64,000 bases of DNA from Narcine bancroftii (Eukaryota): positions 124,000,001 through 124,064,000 of the forward strand of contig NC_091474.1 in NCBI RefSeq assembly GCF_036971445.1, in the 5' to 3' direction. Of the stretch, positions 53,001-64,000 are shown piece by piece; position 1 is the stretch's first letter; each line of letters starts with the position of its first letter. The notes beneath the pieces are model-generated. The model had not been told where the DNA came from. It searched no databases and worked only from the letters and a program-made list of their open reading frames with translations. Both the position numbers and the translations under genes were made by a program.

Positions 53001-56000
53001 CAGAGGGGTAGAAACAGAGGGATGAAAACAGAGGTGGGGAAACAGGATTAGAAACAGAGGGTTAGAAACAGAGGTGGGAAAACAGAGGGTAGAGTCAGGA
53101 GGGTGGATGCAGATGGGTAGAAATAGGTAGGTGTAAACAGAGGTGTGGAAATCATATGTGGAAAGAGAGCGATGGAAACTGAGGGGTAGAAACAGACGAC
53201 TAGAATCAGAGAAACAGGGGTGGAAACAGAGGGGTGGAAACAGAGGGGTGGAAACATAGGTTGGTAAAGTGAAGGGTGGAAACAGAGGGGTGGAAGCAGA
53301 GGGCTGGAAACATAGGTATGGAAACCAAGGGGTGGAAACAGAGGGGTGGATATAGAGGATAGAAAAAGAGGGGAGGAAACGTGTGGCAACAGAGGGGTTG
53401 AAACATAGGTTGGGAAAGAGAGGGGTGGAAACTGATATGTGGAAACAGAGGTGTGAAAATAGAGGGGTGGAAACAGTGGGAGAAACAGTGCAGGGTAAAC
53501 AGGTAGGGAAACAGAGGATTGGAAACGGGAGGTGCAAACAGAGCGGTAGAAACAGAGGGGTGGAAACTGATATGTGGAAACAGAGGTGTGAAAATAGAGG
53601 GGTGGAAACAGTGGGAGAAACAGTGCAGGGTAAACAGGTAGGGAAACAGAGGATTGGAAATGGGAGGTGCAAACAGAGCGGTAGAAACAGAGGGGTGGAA
53701 ACTGATATGTGGAAACAGAGGTGTGAAAATAGAGGGGTGGAAACAGAAGTGTGGAAACAGAAGGGTAGAAACAGTGCAGGGGAAACAGAGGTTGGGAAAC
53801 AGAGTGGTTGAAACAGAATGGTAGAAATGGAGGTGTGGAAACAGAGGTGAAGAAAGATGTGTGGAAACAGAGCAGTGTAAACAGAAGGTTAGAAACAGTG
53901 CAGGTTAAACAGAGATTCGGAAACAGAGGATTGGATACAGTGTGTTGAAACAGAGGTGTATAAACAGAGGGGTAAATACGGAGGTGGGGAAAAAGAGGTG
54001 TGGAATCACAGAGGTGGAAACAGAGAGGTTGAAAGAGAGGGTATAAAAAGATGGGTGGAAACAGAGGGGTATAAACATAGGTTGGAAACAGAGGGGTGGA
54101 AATGGGTAGAAACAGTGCAGGGGAAACAGAGGTTGGTAAACAGGGTGGAAAGAGGGGTAGAAAGAGGGGTGGAAACAGAGGGGTAGAAGAAGAGGGGTGG
54201 AAACATAGGGGTGCAAACAGTGGATTGGAAACAGATGTGGGGAAATAGCATGGTTGAAACAGAGGGCTGGAAGCAGAAGGGTGGAAACAGAGGAGTACAA
54301 GTAGAGGGGTAGACAAAGAAGGATGAAAACAGAGGGGAGGAAACAGGGTAGAAAAGAGGGGAGGAAAGAGGGGTAGAAAAGAGGGGAGGAAAGAGAGGTA
54401 GAAGCAAACAGGTTGGAAAACAATGGATTGTAAATGGGAAGTGGAAACAGAGGGGTAGAAAGAGTGGGATAAAAACAGAGGTGGGGAAAAAGAGGTGTGC
54501 AAACTCAGTGATTGAAACAGGGGTGGAAAGAGAGTGTAGAAAAAGTTGGGTGGAATCAAAGGTGTAGAAACAGAGGGTTGAAAACAGAGGGGTGGAAACA
54601 CAGGGGTGGAATAGAGGGCTGGAAACAGAGAGGTGGAAACAGTGGACTAGAATTAGAGTTGGGGAAACAGTGGAGTAGAAACAGAGGGGTGGAAACGGAG
54701 GGGTGGTAACAGAGGGGTGGAATAGAGGGATAGAAACAATGCAGAGGAAACAGGTTGGGAAACAGAGGATTGGAAACGGGTGTTGGAAACAGAGAGGTAG
54801 AAACAGAGGGTTGGAAACAGAGGTTGGGAAATAGATGGGTGGAATCAGAGGTGGGGAAACAGAGGACTGGAAACAGACAAGTGGAAACAGAGGGGTAGAA
54901 ACAGATGTTGGGAAATTATGGGTGGAATCAGAGGGCTGCAAAAGGAGGAGTGGAGACAGAGGGTTAGTAATAGAAGTGTGGAGACAGAGGCGGGGAAAGA
55001 GATGTGTGGAAACAAAGGGGTGGAATCGGATGAGTGGAAACAGAGGTGTTGGAACAGATGGGTGGAAACAGAGGGGTGGAAACAGAGGTGGGGAAAAAGA
55101 GGTGGGGAAACAGGTGGGGAAACACTGAGGGGGAAACAGGTGGGGAAACACTGAGGTGGAAACAGGGGTGGAAAGAGACAGGTTGAAACAGAGTGGTGGA
55201 AACTGAGGTGTGGAAACAGGACAGGAAACAGAGGTGGGGAAACAGAGGGGTGGAAACACAGGTGTTGAAACTGAGGTAGGGAAACATAGGTGTGGAAAAA
55301 GAAGGGTGGAAACAGAGGAGAGGAAGCAGATGGGTGGGAACAGAGGTAGGAAAACAGAGGTTAATAAAGTTAGTGGTGGAAACTGAGGGGTAGAAACAGA
55401 GGTAGAGAAACAGAGGTGCAGAAATAGATGTGTAGAAACTGAGGGGTGGAATCAGAGGTATAAAAACAGAGGTGGGGAAACAGAGGTGGGAAACAGAGTT
55501 GTGGAAATAGACGTGGAAATAGAGGGGTGGAAACAGAGGTGTGGAAACAGAAGTGTAGAAACTGAGATGGGGAAACAGAGGTGTGGAAATAGAAGGGCAG
55601 AAACATAGCGGTGGAAACCAATGGGTCAAAACAAAGTGGTTGAAACTGAGGTGTGGAAATTGAGGTATGGAAACAGAGGTGCTGGAACAGATGGGTGGAA
55701 GCAGAGGTGGAGACACAGAGGTGGTGAAACAGTGGTGTGGAAACAGACATGGAGAAATCAAGGAAGGGAACTAGAGGTGTGGAACGAGATGGGTGGAAAC
55801 AATGGTGTAGAAACATAGGAGGTGAAACAGAGGTGTGAAAACAGGTGTTGAGAAAGAGGAGTGGAAACAGATGTGTGGGAACAGAGGTGTGGAAACAGTG
55901 GAATGAAAACAGATGGATGGAAACAGATGTGTGGGAATAGAGGGCTGGAAACAGGTGTGGAAACAGATGTAGAGAAATTGAGGTAGAGAACTAGAGGTGT

Positions 56001-58545
56001 GGAACCAGATGGGTAGAACTATATGGGAGGAAACAATGGTGTAGAAATATAGGTGTGAAAACAGAGGTGTTGAGAAAGAGGAGTGAAACAGATGGGTGGA
56101 AACAGATGTGTGGGAACAGAGGTGTGGAAACAGATGGGTGGAAAAAGAGGTTTGGGAACAGAGTGGTTGAACTGAGGGGTGGAAATAGAGAGGTGGAAAC
56201 AGAGGTGGGGAAACAGAGGTGGGGAAATAGAGGTGGGGAAACTGAGGTGGGGAAACTGAGGTGGGGAAACTGAGGTGGGGAAACAGTCGACTGCAAACAG
56301 AGGAGTGGGAACAGGGGGCTGGAAACAGGGTTGGAAACCCTTTCTACACATCTGTTTCTACCCTTCTGTTTCCACCCCTCTGTTTCCACCCCTCTGTTTC
56401 CACCCCTCTATTTCCACCCCTCTATTTCCACCCCTCTATTTCCACCCCTCCGTTTCCACCCCTCTGTTTCCACCCATCTGCTCCAACTCCTCAGTTTCTC
56501 CACCTCTGTTTTCACCCATCTGTTTCCACTCACCTGTTTCCCTACCTAGGTTTAAACACCTCTGATTCCACCTCTGTTTTCACATCTCTATTTCCGCACC
56601 TGTTTACACCCGTCTGTTTCCATATGTCTGTTTCCCTACCTCAATTTCAAAACCTCTGTATCCACCCCTCTGTTCACACATCTCTTGTTTCCCCTCCTCT
56701 GTTTCCACTCCTCAATTTCCCCACCTCTGTTTCCACCCGTCTATTTCCACACCTGTTTCCCCACCTATGTTTCTATACCTCTGATTTCACCCCTCTGTTT
56801 CCAACCCTCTGTATCCCTTCCTCTGAGTCCACCTGACTGTTTCCACCTGTCTGTTTCCAGACCTCTGTTTCACCACCTTAGTTTTCATCTGTCTGTTTCC
56901 ACTCCTCATTATCCACCCCTCTATTTCCACACCTGTTTCCCCACCTTATTTGTCCACTTCCATACCTCTGATTCCACCCCTCTGTTTCCCCACCTCTGTT
57001 TCCACCCATCTCTTTCCACTCCTCTGTTGCAACCCCTCTGTTTCCACACCTTTGTTTCCCTACCTCAGTTTCAACACCTGTGTTTCCACCCCTCTGTTTC
57101 TAAACCTCTGTTTCCCTACCTCAGTTTCTGCACCTCTGTTTCCACCTGTCTGATTCCACAATGCTGTTTCTCCACCTTACTTTCCACTGGTCTGTTTCCA
57201 CTCCTCTTTTTCCACCTCTCTGTTTCCACACCAGTTTCCCAACCTTTGTTTCTACCACTCTCTTTCCACTCCTCTGTTTCCACATCACTGTTTCTTCAGC
57301 TCTGTTTCCACCATCTGTTTCTCCACCCTGTTTCCACTGCTCTGTTTACACCAATCTGTTTCAACACTGCTGTTTCCCCACTTCAGTTCTCCACCTCTTT
57401 TTCCTCCCCTCTGTTTCCACCCATCTGTTCCAACACCTCTGTTTCCATCAGTCAGTTTCCACTCCTCTGTTTCCCTACCTCGGTTGCTACACCTCTCTTT
57501 CAACCCCTGTTTCCACACCTATCTTTACATCCCTTTGTTTCCACACATCCCTTTCAACCACTCTGTTTCGACCCAAATGTTTCCACCCCCTCTATTTCCA
57601 CATGTCTATTTCCACACATCTACTTCCCCACCTCTGTTTCACCACTTCTGTTTCAATACCTCTGATTCCACCCCTTTATTTCCACTCCACTGTTTCTTTA
57701 CCTCTGTTTCCACCACTCTCTTTCCACCCCTCTGTTTTCCCACCTCTCTTTCCATCCCTCTGTTTCCACACCTGTTTCAACCCCTCTGTTTCAACCCCGC
57801 TGTTTCAACTCCATGGTTTCAACCCCATGGTTTCAACCCCACGGTTTCAACCCTGCTGTTTCCACCTGTTTGTTTCACCACCTTAGTTTCCACCCTTGTT
57901 TCCACTCCTTTGTTGCAACCCCTATTTCCACCCCTCTGTTTCCCTACCTCAGTTTCAACCCGTCTGTTTCCACCCTTGTGTTTCAACCTGTTTCCACACC
58001 GCTGTATCCCCACCTCTGTTTCTACACCTGTGTTTCCACCCATCTGTTTCTACACCTTTGTTACCCCTCTACTGTTTATACCCCTCTGATCCACCCCTGT
58101 GTTTCCATCAATCTATATCTACCCCTCTGTTTCCTCCCTTCCGTTTCCCCTCCTCTGTTTTTACCCCTCTGTTTCTACCATTCTTTTGCCACCTCTCTGT
58201 TCCCTCCTTGTTTCCATTCCTTTGTTTCCCCACCTCTGTTCTCTCCCCTCATTTTCTACCCTTTCTTTCCACCCCTTTCTTTCTCCACCTGTTTCCACCC
58301 CTCTATTACTACCCCTCAGTTTCTATCTGTTTCCACACCTCTGTTTCTACCCATTTATTTCCACCCATTTGTTTCTACCCTTCTGTTTCCTCCTCTATGT
58401 TTCCACCCCCTGTTTCCATTCCTCAGTTTCCCCATCTGTTTCTCCTGCACTGTTGCTATTCCTCTGTTTCCCACCTCTGTTTCCAAACCTCAGATTCCAC
58501 CAATCTGTTTCCACACCTCAGTTTCCACACCTCTGTTTCCACCCC
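50010..58545. repeat. G-rich satellite, ~14-bp unit GGAAACAGAGGGGT, with an internal strand switch at ~56337
   Basis: Purine-rich on the plus strand from 50010 to ~56337, then the complementary TTTCCACCCCTCTG form to 58545. Confidence 0.97.
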
Positions 58546-59296
58546 TTAGATATATTTCATGAGGAGAATCAGTGTGATACCAATGTCCAGTGAAGAGCAT
58601 TCTGTCTTTTATCTAATTCCATTGCCACAAAGGTTGACCACAACCATATTCTGTGTGTGGGCATTCTTTCAGCTCTTTGTAGATGTTCAAAGAAATGGGA
58701 AAATGAAATTTGCGGCATGTCTCATCCCTCAGTGAACTCAGGCTCAGATTCAGATTTATTGTCAGAGGACATACATGCATTACACATAACCCTGAGTTCC
58801 TTTTCCCTGAGGACAAGGCAGGATTACCATGTATTGGTAGTGCAAAAATAAATCGACTCAACCCTCCACAAATAAAGACATGCAATACTGAGATACAATA
58901 TTACAAACGTACAAAAGTAATAGCCTTAAATAAGTCCCTGACTGAGTTTGTTATTGAGGGCTAGCAGCTGTTTCTGAACCTGGTGGGGGGGGGGTTTTGT
59001 GGGTGGATCCAGAGTGAACGCCTGGTGAAGTAGGGATTTCGTGTTCAAATATATCTGTCAGGAATTTGTTGTTTTTCAGCCCTATTTTTCAGTTTTACTT
59101 TGGCAACCTTTTCAAATTTCATGTCCTTTGGTCATTGACGCTTATTTTCCGCAGATACTTTTTTTGTGTTCGCTTTTCATTGGTGAATGAGCTGCCGGTC
59201 TATTAGGCCTTTCACCTATGACCAATGAGATGACCTGTTGATCTACCAATCAGCAGCGCTCTCCCTATTCATCCCCGCCCCACGAGCCTGCAGGGA

Positions 59297-60231
59297 TCTG
59301 GATGTGGGGATTGGATGTAATATCTCCAAATTTGCAGATGACACTAAGCTAGGAGAGGTTGTATGCATGGAAGAGGGGGTCAGGAAGCTCCAGTGCAATT
59401 TGGATAAATTGAGGGACTGGGCAGATACATGGCAAATGCACTACAATGTGGATAAATGTGAGGTTATCCACTTTGGTAATACAAACCGGAGGGCAGATTA
59501 CTATTTGAATGGCAATAGATTAAGAGATGGGGAAGTGCAGAGAGACCTAGGGGTACTTGTACACCAGTCTCTGAAGGCGAGCATGCAGGTACAGCAGGTG
59601 GTTAAAAAGGCAAATGGTATGTTGGCCTTCATATCAAGAGGGTTTGAGTATAGGAACAAGGATACCTTACTGCAGCTGTACAGGGCCTTGGTGAGACCAC
59701 ACCTGGAGTATTGTGTGCAGTTTTGGTCACCTTATCTAAGGAAGGATGTTCTTGCAATGGAGGGAGTGCAGAGGCGATTCACCAGGCTGATACCTGGAAT
59801 AGCAGGAATGACTTATGAGGTTTTGCTCAAATTGGGATTGTACTCCCTGGAGTTTAGAAGATTGAGAGGGGATCTCATAGAGACATATAAAATTCAGGCA
59901 GGACTGGACAGAATGGATGCAGATGGGATGTTTCCAATGATGGGAAAATCCAGAACCCGGGGCCATGGTTTGAGGATAATAGGCAAACCATTTAGGACCG
60001 AGATGAGGAGGAATTTCTTTACCCAGAGGGTGGTGAATCTGTGGAATTCATTGCCACAGAGGGCAGTAGAGGCAGGTTCATTAAATCTATTTAAGAGGGA
60101 ATTAGACATATTTCTTCAGTATAAGGGTATTAAAGGTTGCGGAGAGAAGTCAGGGACGGGGTACTGAACTTTAAGATCAGCCATGATCTCGTTGAATGGC
60201 CTACTCCTGCTCCTATCTTCTATGTTTCTAT
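59297..60231 (+). mobile_element. Young 5'-truncated CR1 LINE inserted in the pseudo-H2A promoter
   Basis: Uninterrupted ~290-codon RT C-terminus (SKFADDTKLG...LEYCVQFWSP...RVVNLWNSLP) with a TTCTATGTTTCTATG tail; absent from the other arm. Confidence 0.95.
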
Positions 60232-60265
60232 GATTCCCTCATTCATTTTGCCAGAGTTCACGAAA

Positions 60266-61129
<864 letters not shown>

Positions 61130-61423
61130 ACTCAGTGTGTGGAAGGACGAACGGCAGCATTTGTCACACCCCATTCTCTTTGTAGCGCAGAATAAATTGG
61201 ATCTGTCCTTCTCATGTTTCTCCTTCACCACCGTCCCCCACGGCCTCCCTTAATTGAATTAATATTTGTCTCTGGCCCGCTTCAGACCTCGATACCCACA
61301 GCCCATTTCACTCCTTTTCCCCTTTCGTACAATTTCTCCGGAAAATGAGCGCATCCGCCCGCACCGCCCCCACCTCACCTCCTGTTCAGAAACTACAGGC
61401 GGATCCGAGACGGCAGCGCCAAG

Positions 61424-61696
61424 TCAGGTGAAGGAAAGGATAGAATTTTTAAAGTTGTGATAAAATGGGTGGCATGTGTCAGCCTCCAAGCCTTGCATAA
61501 TGCACTTTCAGGTCGACTCCCAGCAATTCCTTTTGAATCTATTCAAGCACTGGATGTTGTGATGAGACATCTCCCATCCATGACATACACTCCAGTAGGC
61601 CGTTCATTCTTCACGCCATCCGAGGGATGCTCCAATCCACTGGGTGGGGGTAGGGAAGTCTGGTTTGGATTTCATCAGTCTGTCCGGCCTTCTAAC
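61424..61696 (+). pseudogene. AGO2: Inserted fragment of Argonaute-2 coding sequence (N-domain/L1 region)
   Basis: 89 open codons [89 protein letters not shown], matching vertebrate AGO2 (SEGCSNPL is AGO2-type). Absent from the other arm. Confidence 0.93.
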
Positions 61697-62214
61697 CCTG
61701 CTTTTTACTCGCATATTGAAGGACTCGAGCCTGTAATGTTGGTTATACCTTTACCTGCTGTGAACGCTGCGAGACCTGCTGTATTACTCCAACGGGTTCA
61801 TGTTTTTAATGCAATAACAGCACCTACAGACTCTCAGGTTCAATCCAATGTTCCCGAGTAGAAATGTGATCAGCTGTTACAATACGGGGAAATCCAGTTA
61901 AAATGTCGCCAACACAGCAATTAATAACGTTAGCAACAACTTTTGGTTGCATTAATCGGCTCTGGTTGTAAAAATGCGAGGGTAAAGTATTTCAAAATCA
62001 GACCAACTGCCGTCATCCAGCGGGCAGAAATACAGGAGAGATCGGAAGTGAAACCAGCCTCCCAAGCACGTCTGCAATTACACAAAACCGGAAACAAATA
62101 GAACCAGAGCCAATTCCACGCAGGGGGATTCGGAGAACTCTTTCAGTGAGACTGGAAGTGGCTCTTAAAAGAGCCGTTGTTTTCGGTTCGAGTCGTCGGC
62201 ACTTGGTGAGGGCT

Positions 62215-62586
62215 TTACTTGGAGCTGGTGTACTTGGTCACCGCCTTTGTCCCCTCCGACACGGCGTGTTTGGCCAATTCCCCGGGCAGCAGCAGGCGCA
62301 CGGCGGTCTGAATCTCCCGGGAGCTGATGGTCGATCTCTTGTTGTAATGGGCCAGGCGGGAAGCTTCGCCCGCGATGCGTTCGAAAATATCGTTGACGAA
62401 CGAGTTCATGATGCTCATGGCCTTGGAGGAGACCCCAGTGTCGGGGTGAACCTGCTTCAACACTTTGTAGATGTAGATGGCATAACTCTCCTTCCTCGAC
62501 TTTTTGCGCCTCTTGCCGCCTTTACCAGTTGGCTTAGACACCGCTTTCTTGGCGCCCTTCTTGGGCGCTGCTTTCGAGTCAGGCAT
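62215..62586 (-). CDS. H2B: Histone H2B, replication-dependent (second copy)
   Basis: 123-aa H2B with a stem-loop at 62160-62175 and the same promoter elements as copy 1. Confidence 0.98.
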   Translation of the reverse strand: MPDSKAAPKKGAKKAVSKPTGKGGKRRKKSRKESYAIYIYKVLKQVHPDTGVSSKAMSIMNSFVNDIFERIAGEASRLAHYNKRSTISSREIQTAVRLLLPGELAKHAVSEGTKAVTKYTSSK

Positions 62587-64000
62587 TTCTTCTCTCGATT
62601 ACACACACAGAAATAAACTTAAGAAAGAACGAGTGTGGTTTAAATAGGCAGAGCCCTCATGCTATGCTAATGAGGGAATGGGGACGCAACGTGTATCATT
62701 GGTCCATTTGGCGAATGAACAGCAAGAGTTTCCTCTAAACAATTTCATTGGATATGTCACAGCCACCAATCACAGACCCCGACCGCCTCCAGTAACAGAA
62801 GGCAGTCCCTGCCTTGAATGCGGAAACACCGAGTTTGAAGAAATTACCCGAGACAAAGTCTCCGCCCTTTCACCTAGAGACAAGGCTTTCTGAATGTACC
62901 GATTGCAACTCTTCTCGGGGATAGGTCCTCCGTCACTTATAATTATCCAGCCGCTCCAAGCGGCAGGTTAGGGGCGTCTGATGACGACGTCAGCCTGTGA
63001 CCCATCTCCCCGTTCACCCCTCTCCCTCCATGACCCCTCAAGGCAGGGGCGGCGGGAGCCGACAGGACAGTGGTAGCCGTCAGCGGGCCACCGGTGCGGG
63101 CTGACAACCTCAACAGTCCGCTTCGGCCTTCACGTCCGCTCTCTGCGTCTTAAAACTCTGCAGAGCCATGTCTGTCTTCCCTGCCCATAATCCCTCACGC
63201 AGCTGGATCTATTCTAGGAAATATGGTCATTGACTTCAAAGCCAAGGTCCCTCTGTTCATCCGTCAGGGCCATTCTGCTCCTCCAAAAAATATATGGGCA
63301 TGGACTCACTAGGATTAAATTCCATGGGACAATGCTGTCCCCGACATACCAACTGATTACCATCTCATGTCTCGACTCCTATCAATACTGGCATTGGCTG
63401 GAAGCTCCCTGATCACATATCCAAGCGTTCATGTAGGGCGGCTGCTGCGGTCCCCTGCTGTGAAGTGACGTTCCATCGCAAGCCCGTCATCCCTCCATCA
63501 CCGTCTGTATCCTGTTCGGAACAACCTTGCGTCCTTTTGCTGACTTGTTTGCCAACATCGAGGACCGAAGGGCCTGAACTCCGCTGTGTTGTTCCATGTT
63601 CAATACGCCCAGGAATTCTGATTGACATCAGCAGATTACAATTATACATTTTAAGGCAGCGTTTGGCTGCATCCTGTCATCAACTGGATAGAAAGGAGAG
63701 AGTTTGAAGATCTGGGGCGGCCGGGCAATGTTATCTCTGGCCACATTTGGATATTTTTGACAGCGGGTCAGACTTCCGCCATCACGCGGCTCAGAGGTTG
63801 CAGTCTGATTGGCTGCTCTTTATTTTCAAACCGCCCGCCAATTTCAGGGAATCTAGAGTTTCGCTGAATATTTTAAATTAATTTAAACATACAGCATAGT
63901 GACAGGCTATTCCGGCCGACGAGTCTGTGTCACCAAATTTACACCCAATTACCCTGCAGCCCGGTTCGTTTAGAAGGAGGGAGGAGACGGGAGTCCCCGG

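Noticed and set aside
50010-58545. Interstitial telomere
   Set aside because: The unit is a ~14-mer without TTAGGG arrays.
49985-58593. Many long ORFs (up to 517 aa) rich in P/F/L/S/C
   Set aside because: They are translations of the stop-poor C-rich satellite strand in several overlapping frames, not genes.
59238-60167. 309-aa ORF as a host gene
   Set aside because: It is the C-terminus of a 5'-truncated CR1 reverse transcriptase, with a chance upstream non-ATG start.
61457-61861. Functional Argonaute gene or real AGO2 exon (134-aa ORF)
   Set aside because: Only 89 codons are AGO2 and the rest is flanking repeat. There are no splice sites or other AGO exons in the window, and the site is empty in the paralogous arm.

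Overview
Vertebrate genomic DNA, most likely from a cartilaginous fish (inferred from HE1/V-SINE-like SINEs, the CR1 and Penelope families, and the H1/H2B N-terminal style). The window holds a decaying, transposon-riddled replication-dependent histone cluster: H4(+), H2B(+), pseudo-H2A(-), pseudo-H1(+), H3.2(+), H4(+). After about 33 kb of repeats comes an inverted duplicate of the H2B/pseudo-H2A block (58546-64000). The rest is nested Gypsy remnants, solo LTRs, two tRNA-Pro-primed endogenous retrovirus copies, an intron-containing Harbinger transposon, CR1 LINE fragments, a hAT MITE, SINEs, and an 8.5 kb G-rich 14-bp satellite that flips strand internally. The most unusual observation is a 273-bp, stop-free fragment of Argonaute-2 coding sequence, apparently derived from spliced mRNA. 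It is present in only one arm of the inverted duplication, lies between convergent histone units, and has no poly(A) or target-site duplication. All comparisons were made by eye; no alignments or database searches were run.
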